Under the pieces are notes generated by a model. That model searched no databases and was not told where the DNA came from. It worked only from the letters and a program-made list of their open reading frames with translations. Both the position numbers and the translations under genes were made by a program. Positions 26,801 to 38,300 of a stretch of DNA of 64,000 nucleotides are shown piece by piece; within the stretch, counting starts at the first letter, position 1, and every line of letters begins with the position of its first letter. The DNA is from Phaeosaccion multiseriatum. Taxonomy: Eukaryota > Protista > Ochrophyta, other classes. The stretch lies in assembly GCA_965112735.1 (NCBI GenBank), contig OZ218963.1, positions 2,170,001 to 2,234,000 on the forward strand. The letters are read 5' to 3'.

Positions 26801-29800
26801 AGTATGTCTGTCTGTTGTCGGCTTGGTCTGCTCGCCACGATGACTGCTTTTCAGGAGCAAGGCCTTCTCCAGAAAGTGGTACGCTCCTCATTCGACTTCG
26901 GACTTTGCGCTTGTTCGGGTGGCTGATGTCTGGAACTGTCTCTCTCCCCACTCCCTTTGATGCAGCTGCCCAAGGGGCCATTTCGAGTCTCGCCAAGAAG
27001 CTTCACACCGCGGAGGCGGAGCTCAAGGAACTGAGAAGAAAGGTTCGGCGCCCACCCGCTCACTCACTCCCTGACTTACTGAACCACTCACTGACTCTCT
27101 GTCTCACTCACTCACCTTCTCACTCAGTTGCTGACCTACTCCCTACACACTTACTCTCTCAATCACTCGCGTACTCAGTCACTCCCTCCTCACCTACGGT
27201 TGATCTACTCACTTACTCACTAACTCTCTCAATCACTCGCTCACTCACTAACTCACTCACTCACTCCCTCACTCACCCACTCACTCCCTCACTCCCTCAC
27301 TCCCTCCCTCACTCCCTCCCTCCCTCACTCACTCACACACTCACTCCCTCACTAATTCACTCACCCACTCACTAACTCACTCACTCCCTGACTTATTGAA
27401 CCACTCACTGACTCTCTCTCACTCACTCACCCACTCACTCAGTGGCTGACCTACTCCCTCACTCTCTCAATCACTCGCGTACTCACTCACTCCCTCACTC
27501 ACCTACGGTTGATCTACTCACTGACTCACTAACTCTCTCAATCACTCGCTCACTTACTAACTCACTCACTCCCTCACTCACTCACTCCCTCCTTAACTCC
27601 CTCACTGCCTCCCTCCCTCGCTCACTCACTCACCTACACTACTAACCTACATAGGAGGCAAATTCCTTCGCTCTGAAAGAGCAGCGGGAGGGCCGAGGAT
27701 ACGTTCCACCAATTTACCCCTACCATCGCTACAACTGGCTGAGGTGTGTACACCCAACTGGCTCAGTTATGCTACTTGTCCTCCCCCGCATAGCCTTACC
27801 CCCCACTCTCCACTTGGGAAGGGATGAATGTACTCAAGTGTCCGCACGTAGACGGAGTGTGCTTTCCATGTACTGCTTCAGAGGCGTAATTTAACACAAC
27901 GAATGGCCTGGAATCGTGTTGCTTAGTGGGGTTGCGCGCCTCTCTTTCTGCTGATTGTGGTGTGTGCTTTTGGTGCCCCCCCTCCCCTCTTCCCCTAATT
28001 CTCAGGCGGTATCAGGTGGCCATGGAGGCAGCGGATGAGAATGCGGCCGACAGGAAAGCGAAATACTTGGAGGTATGGTCGATTGACTCACTGTCTGACT
28101 GACAGACTGACTGACTGTCTGTCTGACTGACTGACTGTCTGACTCACTCACTCACTCACTCACTCACTCACTCACTCACTCACTCACCCACTCCCTTACT
28201 CACTGATTGGCTGACTGTCTGACTGACTGACGGACTGACTGACTGACTGCTTGTAAACATTGCAACCACGTGGTTGCTCCGTCCGGGTCCTATCGGATCA
28301 TCGATGTCTTACGAATCACTACTCACTGGTCTATCTGTCTGTCTATCCATCTGTCTGCCTTTCTGTCTATATATGTATGTATCTATCTGTCTATCTATCT
28401 ATCTGTCTATCTGTCTATCTATATATCTACGTATCTCTCCACTATCCATTTTTTTAATCCCCTGTGCTATCAATATCAGATCATCAATGTCTGCAACGAG
28501 TTCCTGGGCCTGGCCACGCAAGCCGCACAGACCATCGTCGATGAGCTGCACATGACCAAGGAGGACAAGAGCATCAAGCCTGTTGACGACTGCAGAGAGG
28601 CCGACGGGAGGGCCTTACAGGGCAATCGGGGTTGCAACGGAGTAAGGTTCAAGTTCGAGGCCTTCAACATCCGATTCAAGTTGGTAAGTTGGTGCGTCAC
28701 GGCGTCACGGCTTCACAGGTTCACAGATCGTCGCCGTACTCGTCAGGGCGAAGGGCTGCAGCAGGCAGATTCCCTTTGGGAAGGAAAGTGTGGGAGAGAA
28801 GGGGGCAACAGCACACCTTGAGAGACAAGTCCTTTGTCACACACCAACACGATCACTCGTTCCATGGTGCACGACAAAACCTATGTGTCATACCTTCCTC
28901 TCTCTATGCTCCGCGCCCCCTTCTCCTTCCTTCTTTGCCTCTCTGTTCCCCACACCCTTCTCCCTTCTCCTTCCCTTCAATGCCTTCCAGTGTACGGACG
29001 ACCACGGAATCTTCAACGGCAGCGACGAGTTTGCCGCCAAGGGCCTGGGGGGCAGGGAGCGCCTCAGTGCCCTCGCGTACATGAAGGTCAGTAGGGGGGG
29101 GATCCGTTTCGGAGCTGCCCAACGGGACCATCCTGAGGTTCGGCATTTCCCCCTCCTTCACTGCCTCATGGCCTTGCCACGCTTCACCTTACCTAACCTC
29201 ACCTCACCCTCACCCTCACCTCACCTCACCTTACCCTACCTTGTCTTGCCCGAACAGGCCCACGAGAATGGCGTTGTGGCCCCTCTGCTGTGCACGGTGT
29301 GCTACTACGGCATCAAGGTGCTCTGCGTGGCCATTGCCCCCATTCGGAGACCAATCTTTGCCAACAACGGTGAGAAGGAGGGGCGGGCGGGCAGACGGAC
29401 GGAAGGACAGGCAGGCAGTCCAAGCCATTCATCTTGCCTACCCTACCCTACCCTACCCTACCCGTCTGACGACTCAAAAAGCGGCCCTTCTGTGATCCGC
29501 CGCTTCGGTCACTCCGAATGTGCAACTAAACTGAACCTGCTCACTGCCTCTTACCTGGACTACTCCCCCAGCAGCCGATACACGAACGTGTCTCTCTCTC
29601 TCTGCCCCCCCCTCCTCCTTCTCCTTCTCATTGTCTTGGTTGCTCTTTGTAACATCCCTCCCTCTCTCTCCCTCTCTCTCTTCTCTTGCTTCCTTCCTCC
29701 TCCTCGCCCCCCATCCCTTCCTTCCTCACTCCCCCCCTCCCTCCCCCCCTCCCTCCCTACTCCATTTTCTCTCTCCCTCTCTCCCCCCCTCTCTCTTTCT

Positions 29801-32276
29801 CTCCCCCTCTCTCTCTTGTGCCACAGGTAAGCTCCGGCGAGTTCATACAGAGCTACGGCACGGTACTGAGGACCGCGGTAAGCACATCGAAGGCGCCGAC
29901 CGAAGCATCAACCTCAAGCTTCAGAGCATCGCGAAGAGACTCAATCTCAGCCACCACGGTCAGTTCCATCGATTCGCCCCCTCCCACCCCCTTCATCCAA
30001 GCGGAGTCTCTTGTGAACAAAGAAGATGTGTTCGGTTCCTTTCTCTTGATTTTGTCTGTCCCCTTTCGTGCTCTTGGGGGGGGGGGGGGCTATGTCTGGT
30101 TTTTGTCCCCTCATGTACAGAGTCCTCTCCTCCTCCTCCTCCTCCTCCTCCTCCTCCTCCTCCTCCTCCTGCTCCTCCTCCTGCTCCTCCTCCTCCTCCT
30201 CCTCCTCTCCCCCTGCTCCTGCTCCTGCTCTTCCTCTTCCTCCTCCCCCTCCTCCTGCTCCTCCTGCTCCTCCTCCTTCTCCTCCTCCTCCTCCCCCGTC
30301 TATCGGCAGGCGTGAAAGGTTCGCAGGAAATGAACTCCAAGCAGCTTTGGGCGTCTGCAGACCTGAGGGGCTTTAAAGGAGATGATGGTAGGTATGGCAT
30401 GGTATGGTATGGTATGGTAGGTATGGTAGGTATGGTAGGTATGGTATGGTAGGTATGGTAGGTATGGTATGGTGGGTATGGTAGGTATGGTAGGTAAGGT
30501 ATGGTATCCAAGGTATGGTATGGTAGGTATGGTATGGTAGGTATGGTAGGTATGGTATGGTAGGTATGGTAGGTATGGTAGGTATGGTATGGTAGGTATG
30601 GTATGGTAGGTATGGTAGGTATGGTAGGTATGGTAGGTATGGTATGGTAGGTATGGTAGGTAAGGTATGGTAGGTATGGTAGGTAAGGTATGGTAGGTAT
30701 GGTATGGTAGGTATGGTACGGTAGGTATGGTATGGTAGGTATGGTATGGTAGGTATGGTATGGTAGGTATGGTAGGTATGGTAGGTATGGTAGGTATGGT
30801 ATGGTAGGTATGGTATTGTAGGTATGGTAGGTATGGTAGGTATGGTATGGTAGGTATGGTATGGTAGGTATGGTAGGTATGGTATGGTAGGTATGGTAGG
30901 TATGGTATGGTAGGTATGATAGGTAAGGTATGGCAGGTATGGTATGGTATGGTAGGTATGGTAGGTAGGTATGGCAGGTATCTCGCTGCTACTTCCCTGT
31001 GTGTTTGCACTCCTCATCGCACGTATACACCCACATCCTCGCACGCACACACCATACGGCACCTTTGACCCGTGCCTTGTCTTTCTAGACTTACGCGCTT
31101 GTTGGACACCTCATTCCGTTGATACCTATGCTTTCTCGTCTCCGTTTCACTTTTTCCATTCCCTTATGTTTTCCTTTCCTTTCTTTTCCCTTCCCTTCCC
31201 TTTCCTTTCCTCTCCTCCCCTCTCCTCTCCTCTACTCTCCTCCCCTCCCCTCTTCTCCCCATCCCTTCCCTTGCACAGGAAACTACTACCTCCTCAACTT
31301 TTGGCGGGCGCTTCCTCCTGAAGACCACCGAGCCACCCCTCACCTGCCCACGGCCACGAGAGGACAGAGCATCTTCTGGAGGGGACTCAGGTGCGCAGCG
31401 CGGTGGCCCTTTACTGGTGGTTTGTTGTGCCTTTTTGTGCCGTTTATGTCGACTGATTTGATCTTTCCCGAAACGATCGATACCGGCACTAACTCTCTGT
31501 CTCTCTCTACCCGAACCTCTCTCCCTTCCTCGCTCCCTCCCTCCCTCCCTCCCTCCCTTCCTCCCTCCCTCCCTCCCTCACTCCCTCCCTCCCTCCCTCC
31601 CTCCCTCCCTCCCTCCCTCTCTCCCTCCCCCCCTCTCTCCCTCCCTCTCTCTGCCTCCCTCTCTCTCTCCCTCCCTCCGTCCCTCTCCCACCCCCCCTCC
31701 CCCCCTCCCCAGACCCGAGTTCGTTAAGCAGCACCACACCCCTCTATCTCCGGATGCCAACAGCCTGGCGCTGCACGAGGCTCCTGACTGGGAGAAGCAG
31801 TGCGAGGATACGTATCAGGCCACAGCGCTACTTGTGCAGAAGCTTATCCCGGCCTTCGCGGAGGTAAGAGAAAGAGAGAGAGGACGGGAGGGGGAGAGAG
31901 AGAGGCTTGAGCCATGAGGTGTGAGGGGGTGTGGAGCAGGCAAACTCCTCCTTTATATCCGTGCCTCCGTCTACCGTCCATCTTGTCTTCCCCCCTTCAG
32001 CCCTTCACACCTCATTCCCCCCTCGTCTATTTCTGATTTGGAGTATTGCTTACACTTGCACGCGCGCACACACAAACAGGAGCTGGCTAAGAACGGGGAT
32101 GCCATGGCGCAGGTCAGCGCCGGCGCCAGCGTGGGGTACGAATTGAAGCTCACGGGCGACATGCACTTGGCCGGAATCGGTAAGACTCAACGCGGCAAAG
32201 CTCCTCTCCTCAGCAACTAGTGCTAGAAAGTACCCACCTATGTATCTACCTGTCTACGTCGTCGTCGTCGTCGTCG

Positions 32277-32328
<52 letters not shown>

Positions 32329-35300
32329 AGTATTTACCATTGCTAGTATTGTTCTTTGCGCCTTCTTTCACCTTTCATCTCTCCTTTGGAGACAAGACGC
32401 CCTCCCTTCCATCCTCTTGCAACATCGCAATAACGCATCCCGTCCTTCTCTATCCTACCCATGTTGTGTGTAAAGGTATGCGCCATTTGGGACTGCTGCG
32501 AGACCTGTACTGGAGAGAGCTCATCGGTTTCGAGGTCGACGTTGCCTTCCACAGCGACGTACTCAAGACCAGAAGAGACATGCGGCGCCTGCTGAGGAGA
32601 GGAGACCAGGTCCGGGGTGTCAGGACAACGCGTGGGGGGTAAGGGGTGGGGGCGGGGGGTACGAACTCGGCGCCTGGCGTCGGAATAGCACCGCTTTTCG
32701 GTCGCTCTTTCTCTTTCTCTCGCTCCGTCACTCTCTTTCACTCTGTCTCTTTCTTTCTCTCTCTCTCTCATTGTCACTCTCTTTCTCTCTATTCTTTCCT
32801 CTCTCTCCGTCTCTCTCTCCGTCTCTCTGTGTCGCTCTCTTTCTCTCTGTCTCGCCATCTCCCTCTGTGACGTCTCTGGCTTTCGCGCGCGCTCTCTCTG
32901 TCTCTTTCTTCCTCTCTCTCTCTGCGTGTGTGCGTGCGTGTCCCCATCCCGTATGCCTGCAGGTGATGGTTGATGGGGCCGTGTACACCATCTCGTCTAA
33001 GAAGGCCCACCGCTACGATGCAAGTGCCATGACCCTCACCTCCAAGGTTGAGCTGGGCAGTATGAACGGGGCTCCGGTGTGGAAGGGACTCGTCAGTCCA
33101 GCGGCCCGGGGCAGGTGTGTGTGTGTGTGTGTTTGTACCCGTGCGTGCTTGTGGGTGTGTTTGTCCATGTGTGTACGTGTATGTGTGTGTCTATGTGTGT
33201 GCGTGTTTTACGTGAGAGAGTCCCAGCTGCGGGCCTTGGATGAGAGGCAAGCGTATATAGCGTTGTGTATCGTTCCTTAGATGAGAGGCAAGCGTATATA
33301 GGGTTAGGCAAGCGTATATAGCGTTGTGTATCGTTCCTTAGATGGGAGGCAAGCGTATATAGCGTTAGGCAAGCGTACATAGCGTTGTGTATCGTTGGCA
33401 ACAAGGAGGCTGCGCATGCAGCGTTGCGCGCAAGATTTGAGTGTGTGCGTGTGTGGTTGTCTTCTCTCTCTCTCTCTCTCTCCGTGTGTGTGCTTGTGCA
33501 CTCTTCTTCTTTCTCTCCGTGTGTGAAGTGTGTTTGTCCAGCAAGTGCGTGATGAGAATGAGAACGCAGGGCGAGGCGCCCTCCGTACACCCCCCATACT
33601 CATATCTAAATGGACCAAACCACAACTTGCCTCCCCCCGTCGCTTATTCCTTTTTCAATGTGCATGTGTAACTGCAACACCCCTGCAACGAGCAGGACGA
33701 GCGCTATGCTCCGCGAAGTGATCCTCGCTGAGATGGTGGCGCGCACCGTCAAGAATATGATTAGGCACTACCTCAGAGCCGCCAGCAGCGCCACCAAGGC
33801 CACCTCCAAGCAGGCGGGTGCCGTCTGCCTGTTTGTCTGTCTGTCTGTCCTGTCTGTCTGTCTGTCCTGCCAGTCTGTTCTTCTGTCTGTCTGTTTGTCT
33901 GTGCTTTTGTGTGTGGTGTGGAGGACTCAAAGAGAACGAGGACTCAAAGAGAACCGCCAAACTGACCTTTTGCATGTGTCTCACTCCACTCACTCCACTC
34001 CACTCCACCCTACCCTACCCCACTCCACTCCCCTCTCCTCTCCTCCCCTCCCCTCCATCCTACCCTACCCCACTCCACCCCACCCGACCCTGCCCCTCCA
34101 CACTCTGGTATAAGAGCAGGCGCAGCGATTTCTAGTGGTGGAGTTCTTGAACATTCTGACGGGCAGTCACGAGAGGTCGGACCATTTTTGGCGGGAGGAG
34201 CTCGCTGGAAACCTCATGGGAAGGTTCGGAGATCGTGCGCTGGACCCAGAGGAGGTGAGGAGTGTCAGGGCAGGGGGGGTGAGAGGTGAGGGGCGTCAGG
34301 ACAGAGGGTTGGGGGGGGGGGTGTCAGGACAGAGGGCATAAACCCCTTACATACACGCCAAGTCGGCCTACCCCTTCTCCAAGACATACATAGAATGTAG
34401 TGCGTCGCTTCTGTGGCGCTGTGTGGCGGGCCATCCACCGGCTTCTCTCGCCCATTTCTAGATTTTAAAACATCGCCCGTACCCTCTCTTCCTATGTGCT
34501 CGAGCCCCTCACTTCTCGACGTCTCCCCCCCCTCCCCCCGCCCTCTCCCTGCCTCGCACCCGCCCATGCGTCCCCCGTCCCCCATCGTGATATCTGTCCG
34601 CCCCCCCCCCGCTCGTCCACAGTGCTCCAACCTCCGATTGCGGCTCCAGCCAAGCCTCCTCTACGTGATTCAACGCCTGCAAGACATGCTGGGCTTCACG
34701 CTCTCGGCCGCCTGCACCAGCCACCTCAGCGACCACCACGTGGGTTTCTGCTTCGCGACGGTGGACATTCAAGCCCCCCCCGTACGCGTCATGCACAACA
34801 TGCCCATGCTTGACTTTGCTGAGGCGTGCATGCTGAGCATCAGGGCAGGTGTGTATATGTATATGTGTGTGTATACATGTGTGTATACATGTGTATACAT
34901 GTGTGTATATGTGTGTATATGTGTGTGTTTGTGTGGGTGTGCGTGTGTGCGTGCGTGCGTTCGTGCGTGCCTGTGCCACGAGGTCCTATGAAGTACTGTT
35001 TTTGACATTCGCTACCACTCGACTCATTGCTCGGGCTCTCTTTCTCCCTCCATTCCTTTCCTTTCTTTCATTGCATTGCGTTCTTTCACTGGCTTATGCA
35101 GACGAACTCCGCAGAGAGCACCACGTGTCTCTCGTGCAAGGAGACGCTCCGCTTGTGTATCTCACCCTGCAGGAGAGGAGAGGAAGCAAGATTGCTGTCA
35201 ACCACGGCCAGGTCAGTCAGTGAGTCAGTCTGCTCAGTGGGTTAGTCTGTCAGTCAGCTAGTGAGTCGGCCAGTCAGTCAGTCAGGCAGTTCAGTCAGCT

Positions 35301-38300
35301 AGTCGGTCAGTCAATCAGTCAGTCAGTCAGTCAGTCAGTCGGATAGACAGACAGATACTCAGTCAGTCAGACAGTCAGTCAGTCAGTCAGACAGACAGAC
35401 AGACAGACAGACAGTCAGTCAGTCAGTCAGTCAGTCAGTCGCAAAGGAAGAGATCAGTGATCCCCCTCCTCTCCTCTAAATGTCTTCCTCTCTACTCGCC
35501 TCTGCTGCTCCCACTGCTCCAGGGTGGTATGGCCATGTCTGGCTACTATCGCGAAACCGTCAAGCTGGAGAGGAACGGCCCGATCCTCAACGACCTTCTG
35601 AACAGAGCTGCCCGGTAAGGAAGGAAGGGCACAGGACGCGGAAGACAGTAGAAGGCAGTAGAAGGCAGCAGACGTTTTGCCTCTAAAGAGAGAGACGAAA
35701 TAGGGGCTTCGAAGCCGGAGAATACGATGACATACATACCAACACACACACCCTCACCCCCAAGTTGTCCTACAGTAGTAAGTACCGGACGCGCCCACCC
35801 CTCACACACCAATCCTCTGTCCTGCAACGTCGTCTCCCCTCTCCCTCCCCCCCCCCTCCTCCGTTCCAGCTTCAATCCCGACCTGAAGTCTCGAGTAGAC
35901 CTCAAGGCCAAGGGAGAGGTCAAGAAGCTGGAGCTGCAGAAGGGTCAGGTGGGTTTCCGAGTCGCCGAGGCGACATGACGCCAAAACAAAGGGGCATTCT
36001 TTTCCCTGTTTGATCTCATCTTTCTGCCCCTACCTCATCCTTGCTTTCCTCGTTCGTCCTCTCCCTCTCTCTCGCCTGGGCAGATGGAGCCCGCCGACGC
36101 ATGTCTGAGCTCGAAGGGTAAGCAAGCTGTTGACTCCGCTGCGCCAGAGGGAGAGGGAGGGAGAGGGAGGGAGGGCAAGGGGGTGTACGGGGCAGCGGAA
36201 GGAGGCCCTGGGCCTGTCGCATTTCCAAGAGAAAGGCTTTGCTGCTGCTGGTCTTTCACTCTCACTCTTACTCCCTCTCCTTCCCTCTCTCCCGGTCCCT
36301 CTCTCTTCGCCTCCCTCCCCTCCGCTTTGTCTCTCCATATGTATCCATGCATCTCGCTCTATCTCTCCAATGCTCTGGTCGCGGTTGTGTCTTACCCCGC
36401 CCACCCCCGCCTTTTCCGCTTTTCCACTTCCTCTCTTTCTCCTCTACAGCAAACCTGAGCGCAGCTGCCCCATTCGGCATTGAGGCGTGGGCGAAGGTAA
36501 CGGGAGCACGGGACACGAACAGAACCGTCGCAATGACAGGACGATACAGCCTCTCCGCGAGCAGGTGCAGTCGCAGTTAGGCGATACACCAGTTAGTGAT
36601 ACGGCAGTTTCACACACTTGTTGCTTCCATTGTACCCTCTGCAACCACGCATGGGATTTCGATGTCATCCCTCACCCCCAATACACACACACAAACACAA
36701 ATCCCCCCCCCCCTGCCAGAGAGAATCGCTGGACGTTGTCACTGAGTACCCGTGAGGGCATCGAGCTGGCCGTGGCCGGGCCCGTGCTGGAGATGGAGCA
36801 GTGGGTGCACCTTGTTGGTGTGTGCGACGGCACCACAGCCACGCTCTTTGTAGACAGCAAAGTGTGCGCAGAGGTGTGTGTGTGAGAGAGAGAGGGAGTG
36901 TGTCCGGTTCAGCTGAAGTGAAGTGGGGCGCCTCGGTACATAGGAGCTGGGACAGTTGAAGGAAGGTGGCATAACGCAAAGATGCCTTTGCTTGAAGGAA
37001 TGGTCTGACGTGCTTGGAATGAATCAACGCTGTCCTTGCTGTTGCGTGTTGTGCGCTCTGTGATGATGATTGCGTAGGTGGACGTCGAAGGGGAAACGCG
37101 GCGTCGGGCAGTAGAGCGTAGGGAGGAGCGCCAGGCGAAGCTGGATGAGCTCGACGTTTCTGAAACCGCCGATAGGGAGGCGCTAAGGAGCAGCACCGAG
37201 CAGAAGTGCACAGCCTTCTTCAAGACCAAGGAGGGCAAAGCATGGCTGGGGAAGGCGTCGAACAAAGCCATTCAGAAGGCGGAGATGGAGGTGCGTTTAA
37301 GACGGAGGGAGGGAGGGAGGGAGGGAGGGAGGGAGGGGGGTGTCGCTCTCTTGATGTACTGCTCACGGCATCGTATGAGTATGAACATGCCTTGCCTGGT
37401 AACAAGCAACCGTATCACCAACACCCTCACGACGTCCTCGCTCGTGTGTGTGGGGCAGATAAAGCTGAGGGGTGGAAGTCCTACGCCAGAGGAGATTGTG
37501 GACGGGGACAGGAAGAAGCCGACCAAGGCAGAGGCAAAGGCTCAGGTAGGGAGAGAGAGAGGAGAAAGAGAGGGGAGGAGAGAGAGAGGGGAGGGAGGAG
37601 AATGAAGAGAGAGGAGAGAGGAGAGAGCCAGGGGATGAGAGTGAAGACAAGGCGGAAGAGAGAGAAGGGGGGGAGAGAGAGAAGACTGGCAGAGCAGAGC
37701 AGCATCAGGCGCATGCACTCCCTTTCGCTTAACCTGGAGAAGGCATTTTTTGGCCCCTTTGCATCTCTCCACCGGCTCTCTCATCTTGTAGTTGGAGTAG
37801 TGTGGGAAGGAGGAGGGTATAAAAGGAGTGGCACACTTGTGGTAGTAAGAATGTGGGCGGAGCCTTACGTAGTAGCACGTAGTGGTAGTGTCTCCCTACA
37901 TCTTCGCATCTCCACACCTCCTCTTGTCCCTTTGTCCTTCTCTCTTCCCTTCCCTCCCCTCTCTATATAAGGTTCGAAGAGACTACGTGACGGAGGCGTA
38001 TATGGAGGGATTGGCCAAGCTCACTGCGTCCTTCAAGTCCAAGCGGGACGAGCTCGATGATAGCTTCAATGCGGAGATCGACGAGGTGGGTAGGTTGGTT
38101 GGCTGTTGGTTGGTTGGTTTGCTGGTTTGTCTGACGGTTGGTTGATTAGTTGGTTGGTTGGTTGGTTGGTTTGTCTGACGGTTGATTGAGTGGTTGATTG
38201 GTTGATTGGTTGGTTGGGTGGTTGGTTGGTTGGTTGGTTGATTGGTTGGTTGGTTGGTTCTCTGACTGTGTTGGTTGGATGGTTGGTTGATTGGTTGGCT

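Larger units (their letters stand above)
28006..34848 (+). other. CLU (clustered-mitochondria) domain plus CLU-central-like region within the giant gene
   Basis: Spliced motifs resemble the CLU-family consensus (xPL..lvDYxGxRvxaxa; sxDxegxxGxDgRxYllDfaRxxPp; LRPEfV; mHxxGiNxRxLG; EmxARxxK). Confidence 0.7.

Noticed and set aside
30300-31062. Long minus-strand ORFs with [13 protein letters not shown] repeats
   Set aside because: Translation artefacts of the intronic GGTAT/GGTA satellite.
38086-38300. (GGTT)n as an interstitial telomere
   Set aside because: Not TTAGGG/TTTAGGG; one of many intronic tetranucleotide microsatellites.
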